A DNA stretch of 64,000 nt from assembly GCA_951406725.2 (NCBI GenBank), contig OX597815.1:127472001-127536000 (forward strand), read 5' to 3'. Below the pieces are notes generated by a model, which was not told the DNA's origin, searched no databases, and saw only the letters and a program-made list of their open reading frames with translations. A program made the position numbers and the translations under genes. Positions 63,861-64,000 of this stretch are shown here, piece after piece. This DNA is from Octopus vulgaris. Its lineage: Eukaryota. Every line of letters begins with the position of its first letter. Position 1 is the first letter of the stretch.

Positions 63861-64000
63861 ATAACAATTTTCAAAAAAAATTTGTTTATTGTATTTTTTT
63901 TATTGTTTATCAATCCATTTTTTCTGCTGATTCCAAAAATTATTTTTTGTGTATCATCAACAGTTAAGAAAATATGTCGACTTTCAATATTATTATGTAT

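Overview
Eukaryotic, AT-rich, repeat-dominated DNA. The SINE/LINE tails and abundant (TA)n/(ATAC)n look like an octopus (coleoid cephalopod) genome; this taxon call is inference. Bases 1-17402 are a very homogeneous tandem satellite of about 54 copies of a ~320-bp unit. About 17.4-47.8 kb is a graveyard of decayed transposons: a complete hAT with TIRs and an 8-bp TSD, mariner and maT elements, RTE and RLE-type LINEs, Penelope-like fragments with hammerhead relics, Helitrons, SINEs and several fold-back palindromes. One host gene is recognisable: a six-exon AVEN orthologue on the minus strand (58975-48428), whose exon 4 as assembled carries an in-frame TAG and a frameshift. The window ends with a hAT transposase pseudogene interrupted by a solo LTR with a 4-bp TSD. 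The most interesting leads are (ATAC)n-embedded RLE retrotransposon fragments, recurrent fold-backs (one holding a hammerhead fold), the AVEN exon-4 lesions and the satellite with its junction. Coordinates were read by eye; boundaries of decayed elements are approximate.
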